Translations under genes and position numbers: made by a program
The notes under the pieces: generated by a model
Database searches by the model: none
What the model was told of the DNA's origin: nothing
Seen by the model: the letters and a program-made list of their open reading frames with translations, nothing else
Shown here: in pieces, positions 18,539-28,280 of the stretch
Position numbering within the stretch: position 1 is the stretch's first letter
Layout: each line of letters opens with the position of its first letter
Origin: Ruminococcaceae bacterium UBA7080
Lineage (GTDB): Bacteria; Bacillota; Clostridia; Oscillospirales; Acutalibacteraceae
Assembly (NCBI GenBank): GCA_002493595.1
Contig: DKZG01000014.1
Span: forward strand, 609-64,608
Length of the DNA: 64,000 nucleotides
Reading direction: 5' to 3'

Positions 18539-18976
18539 ATGGAATTTTTAAAAGAATGGACTTTAACCATCTGTATTACTTTAGTCATTTCAGTGATATT
18601 TTCAGTGCTTACGCCTAAAGGGAATATGGGCAAATTTTTTAAAATAATACTTGCAACGTTTATTTTTCTCTCATTTATCTATCCGTTTAAAAGTGATGAA
18701 ATTGATTTTTCATTTCCGGAATTTTCTGCTGAAGAGCTTGCTCAAGAGCAAAAAGATACATATGAGAAGACCGTTACAGCGCAGACTTTGCAGGCACTCG
18801 AAAGTCAAGGTTATAAATCCTGCAGCGTAAAGAGCAGAATTTCATTAAAAGATAATGAAATTCTAATTAAAAGTCTTACAATAACAGCTCCCGACAGCTA
18901 CAACAAAGATGAAATAAAAAAGTATATTTTTGATACGTTGGGAATTAACGCAGAGGTGTATTATCTTGGAGAATAA
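18539..18976 (+). CDS. spoIIIAF: Stage III sporulation protein AF
   Basis: LTPKGNMGKFFKIIL..F..L...P; operon position. Confidence 0.8.
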   Translation: MEFLKEWTLTICITLVISVIFSVLTPKGNMGKFFKIILATFIFLSFIYPFKSDEIDFSFPEFSAEELAQEQKDTYEKTVTAQTLQALESQGYKSCSVKSRISLKDNEILIKSLTITAPDSYNKDEIKKYIFDTLGINAEVYYLGE

Positions 18977-19493
18977 AATAAAGGAAAGATTAAAGAGCTT
19001 TATTTCAGGTGACAGCAAAAAAATTAAGATAATTGTTGCCGTAGGATTAATCGGTATGATTTTGATTTTTGCATCGGATTTGTTTGCCAAAGATGAAAAA
19101 AAGCAGGACGCCTCAAATGAAAGCATAAGCTATGAAGAATATACGCAAGAGCTTGAAAATAAGCTTGTACAGCTGATTTCATCGATAAGCGGAGTGGGTG
19201 AATGCCGTGTAATGATAACGCTTGAAAATACTGCCGAAAGTGTTTATGCTACAGATGTTGAAGTGAAAAATGATGATGAGACCCTTAATCAAAAGGATAA
19301 ATATGTTATTTATAATTCCGATAAAGGAGAGGCCCCTGTACTTATAAAAGAATTTTTGCCTAAGGTGCAGGGTGTTACGGTTGTCTGCACAGGTGGTGAC
19401 AATATTGCAGTGAAGGAAAAAATAATTGAAGCCGTTACCTCTTTATTTAATATACCAACAAACAGAGTATCTGTTTCAAAAATAAAAGCATAA
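18966..19493 (+). CDS. spoIIIAG: Stage III sporulation protein AG
   Basis: TTG start 7 nt after GAGGTG; LENKL..LISSISGVGECRVMITL, PKVQGVTVVCTGGD, LFNIPTNRVSV. Confidence 0.92.
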   Translation: MENKIKERLKSFISGDSKKIKIIVAVGLIGMILIFASDLFAKDEKKQDASNESISYEEYTQELENKLVQLISSISGVGECRVMITLENTAESVYATDVEVKNDDETLNQKDKYVIYNSDKGEAPVLIKEFLPKVQGVTVVCTGGDNIAVKEKIIEAVTSLFNIPTNRVSVSKIKA

Positions 19494-19504
19494 AGGTGAT
19501 AAAA

Positions 19505-20113
19505 ATGAGTAAAAACAAAATGAGCAAAGAAAAAAAGGAAAAAACAATATTAAATGAAAATGATATTTATAAAAAGAAGTCAAGAAAGACCAAAATAGCT
19601 ATTTCCTGCTTCATACTTCTGCTTGGTGTCGGTGTTATGGGCAATTGGTATTGGGAAAACAGCGATTTGTCTAATAAAGTCAGTACCATTTCAGGTGCGA
19701 AAGAAAAAATACTCGGCGAAGCTACTTATGTTGATGCAACAACCGAACCTGCAAAAGAAAGCCAATATTTTTCAAATGCCAGAGTTGACAGACAAAAAGC
19801 CAGAGATGAAAGTCTTGAAAAACTGCAGAAAATCTTAGATGCTTCTTCACAAAGTGATGCAGCAAAAAAAGAAGCTACGAAGAAAATCGCCGATATTTCC
19901 GATATGATTAATAAGGAAAATAAAATTGAAACACTTGTAACTGCGAAAGGCGTTAAAAACTGCATAGCAGTAATTAACGAAAATTCTAAAAAAGTGGATA
20001 TAATAGTAGAAGCAGAAGAGCTGTCAGATACGGTAATACTTCAGATTAAAGAAATTGCGACAGGGCAGCTTGGCTGTTCATATGAGGATGTAACAATTAT
20101 TCAGTCAAAATAA
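19505..20113 (+). CDS. spoIIIAH: Stage III sporulation protein AH
   Basis: TM anchor; YFSNARVDRQKARDE, IETLVTAKG..NCIA; last gene of the operon. Confidence 0.88.
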   Translation: MSKNKMSKEKKEKTILNENDIYKKKSRKTKIAISCFILLLGVGVMGNWYWENSDLSNKVSTISGAKEKILGEATYVDATTEPAKESQYFSNARVDRQKARDESLEKLQKILDASSQSDAAKKEATKKIADISDMINKENKIETLVTAKGVKNCIAVINENSKKVDIIVEAEELSDTVILQIKEIATGQLGCSYEDVTIIQSK

Positions 20114-20115
20114 AC

Positions 20116-20144
20116 TTGTATATTTATTCATTATATGTTATAAT
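20116..20144 (+). promoter_or_regulatory. sigmaA promoter of the asp23-nusB cluster
   Basis: TTGTAT-N17-TATAAT with TG extension. Confidence 0.75.
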
Positions 20145-20210
20145 CTTCAATAGATTTGCAATATGCTGGTTGGTTCAATATATGTAAATAAAAATTCAGG
20201 AGGTTGCTAT

Positions 20211-20600
20211 ATGGAGATTATATCAAAAAGCTCAATGGGTGAGCTGGTCATTTCTGACGAAGTTGTTTCTTCAATTGCGATAAATGCAGCAAAAGATGTT
20301 GATGGTGTTTCGTCTTTTTATTCCGGACCTGTTGATGTTGTAAATACCATAAAAAAAGGTAGTCTTAAGGTTATGAGTCCTGTAAGAATTATTCAGGATG
20401 GTGATGATTTCAGCATAAGCATTTATTTTAATATTGCTCAGGGTAAAAAATTCCAGACTGTAGCTGCTGAGGTTCAGGCTTCGGTCAAAGAGTCTGTACA
20501 AAATATGACCGGTAAGCTTGTGAATAAAGTTAATGTTATTGTAGCAGGAATAGATTTTGAAGAGCCTGACGGCAAAGAACCTTGTGAAACTGAAGAGTAG
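20211..20600 (+). CDS. Asp23/Gls24 family protein (YqhY-like)
   Basis: GELVISDEVVSSIA..AA..VDGV; VQASVKESVQNMTG..V..VNVIVAGI. Start behind GGAGG; conserved position before nusB. Confidence 0.9.
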   Translation: MEIISKSSMGELVISDEVVSSIAINAAKDVDGVSSFYSGPVDVVNTIKKGSLKVMSPVRIIQDGDDFSISIYFNIAQGKKFQTVAAEVQASVKESVQNMTGKLVNKVNVIVAGIDFEEPDGKEPCETEE

Positions 20601-20699
20601 GGCACAGTCATTCTGAGCGATGATTTCAGTTTTTCGGTTGCCCTGAAAAATTTGCCGGCAAATGAATATTTTGTCGGCTTTCTTAATTAGGAGAATTTT

Positions 20700-21092
20700 A
20701 TGAATAGAAATGCTATGAGAGAACAGGCTTTTTTTCTGACATTTGAAAATCTTTTTGAAATTAATGATAATTTGGACGAGCTTATTTCTCTTTACAGTGA
20801 TAATGTTGAAGAAGTGTGCGATTATGCTAAGTCGCTCTCGTCCGGAATAAAAGAGAAAACCGATGAGCTTAACGAAATAATCAGTACATATTCAAAGTCA
20901 TGGAAGGTGTCACGTCTGCCGAGGGTGACACTTGCAATACTTTATGTTGCACTTTATGAAATAATATACGTCGAAAATGTTCCTGAGAATGTTGCAATAA
21001 ACGAGGCTGTGGAGCTGGCAAAAAAATATGCATCAACAAATGATGCTTCGTTTATTAACGGTATCTTAGGTGCTTATTCAAGAGGAAGGTAA
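20700..21092 (+). CDS. nusB: Transcription antitermination factor NusB
   Basis: YSKSWKVSRL, AINEAVELAKKY, SFINGILG. Confidence 0.95.
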   Translation: MNRNAMREQAFFLTFENLFEINDNLDELISLYSDNVEEVCDYAKSLSSGIKEKTDELNEIISTYSKSWKVSRLPRVTLAILYVALYEIIYVENVPENVAINEAVELAKKYASTNDASFINGILGAYSRGR

Positions 21093-21093
21093 T

Positions 21094-22020
21094 ATGTATC
21101 TGGGTATTGATACAAGCAATTATACAACTTCACTTGCTCTTTTTGACGGTGAGAATGTTTTTCAGCAAAAAAAACTTCTGACTGTTAAGTCCGGAGAAAG
21201 AGGCCTTAGGCAAAGTGACGCTGTTTTTCAGCATACGTTAAATATGTACGAGCTGTCAGAAAGGCTAATGCTTGGTAATCAAAAAATTGATGCCGTAGGT
21301 GTAAGCACGCGTCCGAGAATTGTTGACGGCAGTTATATGCCTTGCTTTCTTGTCGGTAAAAGTCATGCGAAATGTATCAGTGTATTTGCTGACGCAAAGC
21401 TTTATAACACTTCCCACCAGATTGGTCACATTTTGGCTGCTTTATATTCCGCAAACAAGCTGCAACTGGTTGGGCAGCAGTTTATTGCATTTCATGTAAG
21501 CGGCGGAACCACAGAGGCACTGCTTGTTACACCGCATAAAGATGAGCTTATACGTGCAAGCGTGATTAGTGAAAGTTTGGATTTAAAAGCCGGACAGGCA
21601 ATTGACAGAGCCGGAGTTATGATGGGGCTTGAATTTCCGTGCGGCAAAGAGCTTGATGCACTTTCTCAGCAATCTGATAGGGAATTTAAGGTTAATCCTT
21701 CAATCATTGGTTCAAACTGTTCACTTTCAGGTATCGAAAACAAAGCTAAAGCGATGTTTGATAAAGGAGAAAGCAAAGAAGATATATCCAAATTCGTTTT
21801 ATGCTCTGTTTTATCAGCTGTAGATAAAATGACACAAATGATTATAAACTCCTATGGCGAGCTGCCGATTGTGTATGCAGGCGGTGTGATGTCGAATACT
21901 TTAATTAAGTCAAATATAATGAAGCAATACAGCAATGCGTATTTTGCTGCACCTGAATTCAGCTGCGATAATGCCTGCGGTACAGCAATATATGCTTATC
22001 TTAAGGATCAATATGAATAA
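21094..22020 (+). CDS. TsaD/Kae1-like ASKHA-fold protein (clostridial paralog, 'peptidase M22'-like)
   Basis: LGIDTSNYTTS, SHQIGH, HVSGGTTE, AGQAIDR, GGVMSN, CDNACG. Confidence 0.8.
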   Translation: MYLGIDTSNYTTSLALFDGENVFQQKKLLTVKSGERGLRQSDAVFQHTLNMYELSERLMLGNQKIDAVGVSTRPRIVDGSYMPCFLVGKSHAKCISVFADAKLYNTSHQIGHILAALYSANKLQLVGQQFIAFHVSGGTTEALLVTPHKDELIRASVISESLDLKAGQAIDRAGVMMGLEFPCGKELDALSQQSDREFKVNPSIIGSNCSLSGIENKAKAMFDKGESKEDISKFVLCSVLSAVDKMTQMIINSYGELPIVYAGGVMSNTLIKSNIMKQYSNAYFAAPEFSCDNACGTAIYAYLKDQYE

Positions 22021-23215
22021 CGCAGTCACAGTTACACAAGTTAATATTTATATAAAATCACTGATTGATGGCAGTGCACCGCTTAAAAGCATTTTTGTTG
22101 TTGGTGAAATAAGTAATTTTAAGCACTATTACCGCAGCGGTCATATGTACTTAACGCTGAAGGATGAAAATGCTCAGCTTAAAGCTGTTATGTTTTCAAC
22201 ATATGCCGGTCGTCTGAAATTCAAACCCGAGGATGGTATGAAAGTAATTTGCCGCGGCAGAATATCTGTTTATGACAGGGATGGTGTGTATCAGCTTTAT
22301 ATTGAAGATATGCAGCCGGATGGTATGGGTGCGTTAAATCTCGCCTTTGAACAGCTTAAGGAAAAGCTATCAAATGAGGGACTTTTTAATGATGCACATA
22401 AAAAGCCAATACCGAAATATCCCCGCAAAATCGGTATTGCTACCTCAAATTCAGGGGCCGCTGTTGAAGATATAAAGACAATAACCAAGCGCCGCTACCC
22501 GCTGAGTGAGCTTGTTATTGTGCCTACCATTGTGCAGGGTGAGAAGGCAAGCGCTGATATTGTTCAATCCATACAGCTTCTTGACAGTATTGACGATGTA
22601 GATGTTATTATCGTTGGCAGGGGCGGCGGTTCCATCGAAGATTTATGGGCATTTAATACTGAAGCAGTCGCGAGGGCTGTTTTTGCATGTAAAACGCCTA
22701 TTATATCTGCTGTCGGGCATGAAACGGATTTTACAATTTGTGATTTTGTTTCAGATTTAAGAGCTCCGACACCGAGTGCTGCTGCTGAGTTAGCCGTGCC
22801 GGATATAAGCAATATACTTTCTTTTGCTGATAATGCGCATCAAATTTTATCAAATCTATTGATACGCAGACTGGAAAGCGAAAATCTCAGATTGGATGAT
22901 CTTATTAATAATACCGTTATTTCAAATCCTATTTTGTATTATGAATCTTACAGTGATGATATCCGTGCTTTAAAAAAAGACTTAATTACTTTTTTTTCTG
23001 CTCGAATAAGAAAAGAAGAAGCTGTGCTTGCTCAGCTTGCAGGTAAGCTTGACGTATTAAGTCCTTTGGCTGTACTTTCAAGAGGTTACAGTGTCATAAA
23101 AAACAAAAACGCGGTTTTAATCAAAGATGCCGAAAATTTATGTGTCGGTGAACAGATTGAATTAACGCTTAATCATGGTTGCGCATTATGTACAGTGGAT
23201 GAGGTGAAATTATGA
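22013..23215 (+). CDS. xseA: Exodeoxyribonuclease VII large subunit
   Basis: VVGEISNF, SGHMYLTLKD, GRGGGSIEDLWAFN, SAVGHETDFT, RAPTPSAAAE. Confidence 0.97.
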   Translation: MNNAVTVTQVNIYIKSLIDGSAPLKSIFVVGEISNFKHYYRSGHMYLTLKDENAQLKAVMFSTYAGRLKFKPEDGMKVICRGRISVYDRDGVYQLYIEDMQPDGMGALNLAFEQLKEKLSNEGLFNDAHKKPIPKYPRKIGIATSNSGAAVEDIKTITKRRYPLSELVIVPTIVQGEKASADIVQSIQLLDSIDDVDVIIVGRGGGSIEDLWAFNTEAVARAVFACKTPIISAVGHETDFTICDFVSDLRAPTPSAAAELAVPDISNILSFADNAHQILSNLLIRRLESENLRLDDLINNTVISNPILYYESYSDDIRALKKDLITFFSARIRKEEAVLAQLAGKLDVLSPLAVLSRGYSVIKNKNAVLIKDAENLCVGEQIELTLNHGCALCTVDEVKL

Positions 23216-23406
23216 GTAATAAAGAAAAAATAACATATGAGGATGCAATTAACAGACTTGAGGAAATAGTCAATATTCTTGAAAAGAATGAAATTTCTCT
23301 TGATGAAAGTATGAAGCTTTTTGAAGAGGGAACAGCATTGACCTCTTACTGTTCAAATAAGCTGAAAGAAGCAGAACAAAAAATAACAGAACTTACTAAG
23401 GAGTAA
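23212..23406 (+). CDS. xseB: Exodeoxyribonuclease VII small subunit
   Basis: YEDAINRLEEIVNILE..EISLDESMKLFEEG. Confidence 0.95.
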   Translation: MSNKEKITYEDAINRLEEIVNILEKNEISLDESMKLFEEGTALTSYCSNKLKEAEQKITELTKE

Positions 23407-23408
23407 TT

Positions 23409-24293
23409 ATGACCGAATTTGAATTTGATAATATTTTAAAAAACGATATAAGGAAAGTTGAAAATTCTCTTTTATCTTATATTCCGGATGCAAAGGATGG
23501 TCAGTATGAAGTTGCCGAGGCAATGAAATACAGTCTTATTAACGACGGAAAGAGGATTAGACCTGTTCTTGCACTTGAGTTTGCAAAGGCTTGCGGAGGA
23601 ACACGGGATGACTGTCTTCCGCTTGCCTGTGCGCTTGAATATATTCACACCTACAGTCTTATTCATGATGATTTGCCATGTATGGATAATGACGATTTAA
23701 GAAGAGGAAAACCAAGCTGTCACAAGCAGTTTGATGAAGCAACTGCTCTGCTTGCGGGCGATGCGTTGCTTACTCATGCGTTTGAAATGATTACGGACAG
23801 TGATTTATCGGATGACAAAAAGGTTATGGCAGTCAGTCTTTTGTCTCAAAACTCCGGTGTTTCGGGAATGATAGGCGGTCAGGTGATTGATCTTCTTTTT
23901 GAAAAGGGTACTCCATCTTTAAAAGAATTGCTTACAGTATACAAATTAAAGACAGGTGCACTCATTTCAGCTGCCTGTCTGATGGGCTGTATAAGTGCGG
24001 GTGCCGGCAGTGAGCAGTTGTCCGCTGCTTCTAAATTTGCGTATTCATTGGGAATAGCTTTTCAAATTCAGGATGATATTCTTGATATTATCGGCGATGA
24101 AAAAATGCTGGGTAAGCCTGTAGGCTCTGATGCAGAAAACAGCAAAACAACATATGCTACCATAGTAGGTATTGAAAAAGCAAAACAGGATGTTGCCAGA
24201 TTAACCGATAATGCGGTAAAACAGCTTGAATTGTTTGAAGATACAGAATTTATTAAACAACTGGCATATAAATTAGTAAGCAGACAAAAATAA
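23409..24293 (+). CDS. ispA: Polyprenyl (farnesyl/geranyl) diphosphate synthase
   Basis: GKRIRP, SLIHDDLPCMDNDDLRRGKP, FQIQDDILD, GKPVGSD. Confidence 0.95.
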   Translation: MTEFEFDNILKNDIRKVENSLLSYIPDAKDGQYEVAEAMKYSLINDGKRIRPVLALEFAKACGGTRDDCLPLACALEYIHTYSLIHDDLPCMDNDDLRRGKPSCHKQFDEATALLAGDALLTHAFEMITDSDLSDDKKVMAVSLLSQNSGVSGMIGGQVIDLLFEKGTPSLKELLTVYKLKTGALISAACLMGCISAGAGSEQLSAASKFAYSLGIAFQIQDDILDIIGDEKMLGKPVGSDAENSKTTYATIVGIEKAKQDVARLTDNAVKQLELFEDTEFIKQLAYKLVSRQK

Positions 24294-24324
24294 TGGCTAT
24301 TTTTTTAGAGAGTGATGAAACTGT

Positions 24325-26169
24325 ATGTCTATTCTTGATTTCGTTAATTCGCCAAAAGATATAAAACAACTCAATACAAATGAATTAAATGAGTTATGTG
24401 ATGATATAAGAAAACTGCTGATTTCAACTGTATCGCAAACAGGCGGTCATCTTGCTTCCAATCTTGGTGTTGTTGAGTTAACAGTAGCACTTCACAAGGT
24501 TTTCAGCAGTCCTACGGACCAAATTGTTTTTGATGTAGGGCATCAGTGCTACACACATAAAATCCTGACAGGAAGGAAAAATGATTTTTCAACTCTGAGA
24601 ACAGAAGGGGGTATCAGCGGATTTACCCGTCCGGTTGAAAGTAAGCATGATATTTTTTCCTCGGGGCATAGCTCAACCTCTATTTCCGCTGCAGTCGGTC
24701 TTGCAAGAGCCAAGCAGATAAAAGGTGAAAAGGGAAAAGTTATTGCTGTTATAGGCGACGGTGCATTAACCGGAGGTCTTGCATATGAAGCACTGAACAA
24801 TTCCGGTAATGATAACAGCAATCTTATTGTAATATTAAATGACAATAATATGTCAATAAGTCAAAATGTAGGCTCAATGGCTAAGCATCTTACAACAATA
24901 CGTACTTCACCAAGATATGTTAATTTGAAAACAAAATTTCAGCGCGGTCTTGCAAAGATACCCAAAATCGGCGGCCGTATAAGCAGTGCCTTTACTTATG
25001 TTAATTCAAAAATCAGAAAGCGTATTTATCATGCTACCTTTTTTGAAGATTTGGGTTTCAGATATTATGGCCCTGTTGACGGTCATGATATAGAAGCTCT
25101 TATTGATGTGCTGAAAGCAGCCAAAGCCCATAATCATTCTGTTTTGATTAATGTTAATACAGTTAAAGGCAAGGGATATAATTTCGCTGAAAAAAATCCT
25201 ACGCAATTTCACGGTATCGGAAAATTTGATATAAATACAGGTGAACCTAAAAGCAGCGGAATAAACTTTTCATCATCTTTTGGCGATACCATGTGTTCAT
25301 TTGCCGAAAAAGATGCAAGAATATGTTGTGTTACAGCTGCTATGGCCGAAGGTACGGGACTATGTAATTTTGCCGCCAAATATCCTAAACGTTTTTTTGA
25401 TGTGGGTATTGCAGAGCAGCACGCAGTTACATTTTCAAGCGGTCTTGCAAAAAATGGTATGGTGCCTGTATTTGCTGTGTATTCAACCTTTTTGCAGCGT
25501 TCATATGATCAGCTTATTCATGATGTTGCCATGCAGGGTCTCAAGGTTATATTTGCTGTTGACCGGGCAGGCTTTGTCGGTGAAGACGGTGAAAGTCACC
25601 AAGGCGTATTTGACACATCATTTCTGAACTCAGTTATTGGTTTAACAATATATGCACCATCTTATTACAGCGACCTTTGTGCAATGCTGTATGAAGCCGT
25701 ATACAAGAATGAAGGTGCGGCAGCAATAAGATATCCCAGAGGCAGTGAACTGTATAAGCCTGAAAACTATACATATGCTCATGAGAACTTTTCTGTTTTT
25801 GGAGATATCCATTCAAAAAACTGTATTGTGACATACGGCAGAGAGTTTTCGCAATGCTATAAGGCGTTTGAAGCACTTGAGGATACATTTTTAATTAAGC
25901 TGAATAAAATAAAGCCCATTGATCTGTGCATTCTTGATTATTTGACAGAGTGTGAAAGTGTATTCTTTTTTGAAGAAGGAATTAGAAACGGCGGTATCGG
26001 AGAGTCATTTGCTTCATTGCTTATCGAAAATAATGTCAAGGCTCGCTTTCATCATACAGCTGTTGATAATGAATTTATTAAGCAAGCAAGTGTTGACAGC
26101 CAGTTTAAGCATTATAAATTAGACAGTAATTCTATAATCGAAGAGGTAAGAAATGCCAAAGGCAAATAA
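24325..26169 (+). CDS. dxs: 1-deoxy-D-xylulose-5-phosphate synthase
   Basis: GGHLASNLGVVEL, DVGHQCY, IGDGALTGGLAYEALN, DVGIAEQHAV. Confidence 0.97.
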   Translation: MSILDFVNSPKDIKQLNTNELNELCDDIRKLLISTVSQTGGHLASNLGVVELTVALHKVFSSPTDQIVFDVGHQCYTHKILTGRKNDFSTLRTEGGISGFTRPVESKHDIFSSGHSSTSISAAVGLARAKQIKGEKGKVIAVIGDGALTGGLAYEALNNSGNDNSNLIVILNDNNMSISQNVGSMAKHLTTIRTSPRYVNLKTKFQRGLAKIPKIGGRISSAFTYVNSKIRKRIYHATFFEDLGFRYYGPVDGHDIEALIDVLKAAKAHNHSVLINVNTVKGKGYNFAEKNPTQFHGIGKFDINTGEPKSSGINFSSSFGDTMCSFAEKDARICCVTAAMAEGTGLCNFAAKYPKRFFDVGIAEQHAVTFSSGLAKNGMVPVFAVYSTFLQRSYDQLIHDVAMQGLKVIFAVDRAGFVGEDGESHQGVFDTSFLNSVIGLTIYAPSYYSDLCAMLYEAVYKNEGAAAIRYPRGSELYKPENYTYAHENFSVFGDIHSKNCIVTYGREFSQCYKAFEALEDTFLIKLNKIKPIDLCILDYLTECESVFFFEEGIRNGGIGESFASLLIENNVKARFHHTAVDNEFIKQASVDSQFKHYKLDSNSIIEEVRNAKGK

Positions 26170-26965
26170 AATAAGGCTTGATGTTGCTCTTGTTGAAAAG
26201 GGACTTGCACCGAGCAGAGAAAAAGCGAAAGCCATTATCATGGCAGGAATTGTTTATGTTAATAATCAAAAATCAGATAAAGCCGGTAAAGAAGTGAAAG
26301 AGGGAGATACAATTGAAGTGCGCGGCAATACGCTTAAATATGTCAGTCGCGGCGGTCTCAAGCTTGAAAAGGCAATGAAATGTTTTCCGATTAAGCTTGA
26401 TAATAAGATTTGCATGGATGTAGGTGCTTCAACAGGCGGTTTTACGGATTGTATGCTTATGAATGGCGCGCAAAAAGTTTATTCAATTGATGTCGGCTAC
26501 GGACAGCTTGCATGGAAACTCAGGACTGATGAGCGGGTGGTTAATCTTGAAAGAACGAATTTTAGATATGTTACAAATGAGCAGGTGGGTGAAGCCATAG
26601 ATTTTTCATCAGTTGATGTATCTTTTATTTCGTTAAAGCACATTTTTCCCAATCTTAATACTCTGCTTAAAGATTGCGGACAGGCTGTATGCTTAATTAA
26701 GCCTCAGTTTGAGGCAGGCAGAGAAAAAGTGGGCAAAAAGGGCGTAGTCAGTGATTTAAATACACATCTTGAGGTCGTTTTAAAAATAATCGATTTGGCG
26801 ACAGAAAACGGTTTTTCTGTTCTCGGTCTTGATTTTTCACCCGTAAAGGGTCCTGAAGGCAATATTGAATATTTAATATTTTTAGAAAAAAGCGTTGAAC
26901 CAAGTGTTAGCAGCACCGTTGATGCTAAGGCTTTGGTATTTCAGTCGCACGAGGAATTGCTATGA
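26153..26965 (+). CDS. tlyA: TlyA family rRNA 2'-O-methyltransferase
   Basis: S4 domain; [43 protein letters not shown]. Confidence 0.95.
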   Translation: MPKANKIRLDVALVEKGLAPSREKAKAIIMAGIVYVNNQKSDKAGKEVKEGDTIEVRGNTLKYVSRGGLKLEKAMKCFPIKLDNKICMDVGASTGGFTDCMLMNGAQKVYSIDVGYGQLAWKLRTDERVVNLERTNFRYVTNEQVGEAIDFSSVDVSFISLKHIFPNLNTLLKDCGQAVCLIKPQFEAGREKVGKKGVVSDLNTHLEVVLKIIDLATENGFSVLGLDFSPVKGPEGNIEYLIFLEKSVEPSVSSTVDAKALVFQSHEELL

Positions 26966-27819
26966 ATATTTCGGTTTTCCCAAACTTACTGAATAACGGC
27001 GTTGAGGAGCTGAGCCGCAGCGTTTTTTCCGTATTATCCGGACTGAACACCAATGTATATGTCAGTGCTGCACTGAAAAATCAATTTAAAAGCAGCAGTG
27101 TTTTTTTCGGAGAATCGGAAGAAATTATGAAGAATTGTGATGTTGCTATCGCTATAGGCGGTGATGGTACAACCCTTAATGTTGCCAAAAAGGCTGCAGA
27201 TTACGGCAAATATGTTCTTGGAATAAATGCCGGCAGACTTGGTTTTATGAGTGGTCTGGAGCAGGATGAACTTGAACTTTTGAGGAATGTAGTGAAAGGA
27301 AATTTTGAGATTGATGAACGCATGATGCTCGTTGCCGAAATTGTTAAGAGCGGCAATGTACTTTCAAGTCATCAGTGTCTTAATGATGTTGTCATTTCTC
27401 GCGGAAATTTTGCCAGACTCATTGATATCAATATTACCTGCAGCGGAAGAAGTGTATCCAACATGCGTGCAGACGGAATTATAATTTCTACACCTACGGG
27501 TTCAACGGCTTATTCCATGGCAGCAGGTGGTCCTGTTGTCAGCCCTGAGGCAGAATGTATCCTTGCAACTCCGATTTGTCCTCACTCTTTGATGGACAGA
27601 AGCATTATTTTTTCTTCGGATAAGGAGCTTGTTGTGAAGGCACATAATGATAAAATGAATATTCCGGTACTGACTGTTGATGGTGAGGATGCAATTAATA
27701 TTGATTCTGATAGTGAAATTCATGTTAGAGCCTCTAAAACTACTGCAAAGCTGATTAAGCTTAAACCGGAAAACTTTTATGAAATATTAAATAAAAAAAT
27801 TATTGAAAGGAGAGCCTGA
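26962..27819 (+). CDS. nadK: NAD(+) kinase
   Basis: [39 protein letters not shown]. Confidence 0.95.
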   Translation: MNISVFPNLLNNGVEELSRSVFSVLSGLNTNVYVSAALKNQFKSSSVFFGESEEIMKNCDVAIAIGGDGTTLNVAKKAADYGKYVLGINAGRLGFMSGLEQDELELLRNVVKGNFEIDERMMLVAEIVKSGNVLSSHQCLNDVVISRGNFARLIDINITCSGRSVSNMRADGIIISTPTGSTAYSMAAGGPVVSPEAECILATPICPHSLMDRSIIFSSDKELVVKAHNDKMNIPVLTVDGEDAINIDSDSEIHVRASKTTAKLIKLKPENFYEILNKKIIERRA

Positions 27820-28280
27820 TGAAAAAAAGGAGACATGCAAAAATCCTTGAACTTATAAATGCCAAGGATATTGAAACACAAGAAGAGCTTCAGGCTTATC
27901 TGTTAAAATGCGGCTTCGAAGTTACACAGGCTACAATCTCCCGTGATATTAAAGAGCTTCGTTTGGTTAAAGAGCTGTCTGAAAGAGGAAGATACATTTA
28001 TTCTACCGGAAAAAAGATGTCAAGCGATGCCATAAAAAGAACCGGCGGAATTTTTTCAGACTCCATTGTCAGCGTCGAACATGCCCTGAATACTGTTTGT
28101 ATAAAATGCTTTCCCGGTATGGCAATGGCAGTTTGTACTGCAATTGAGTCGATGGAGTGGACCGGTGTTGTTGGTGCAATATCCGGTGATGACACAATTT
28201 TTGTACTCTGCAAAACAGAAGATTTTGCAAAAATTTTCACTATGAACATGGAGAAGATTTTAAATGTTAAAAACACTTGA
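27819..28280 (+). CDS. argR: Arginine repressor
   Basis: IETQEEL, TQATISRDIKEL, GAISGDDTIFV. Confidence 0.95.
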   Translation: MKKRRHAKILELINAKDIETQEELQAYLLKCGFEVTQATISRDIKELRLVKELSERGRYIYSTGKKMSSDAIKRTGGIFSDSIVSVEHALNTVCIKCFPGMAMAVCTAIESMEWTGVVGAISGDDTIFVLCKTEDFAKIFTMNMEKILNVKNT

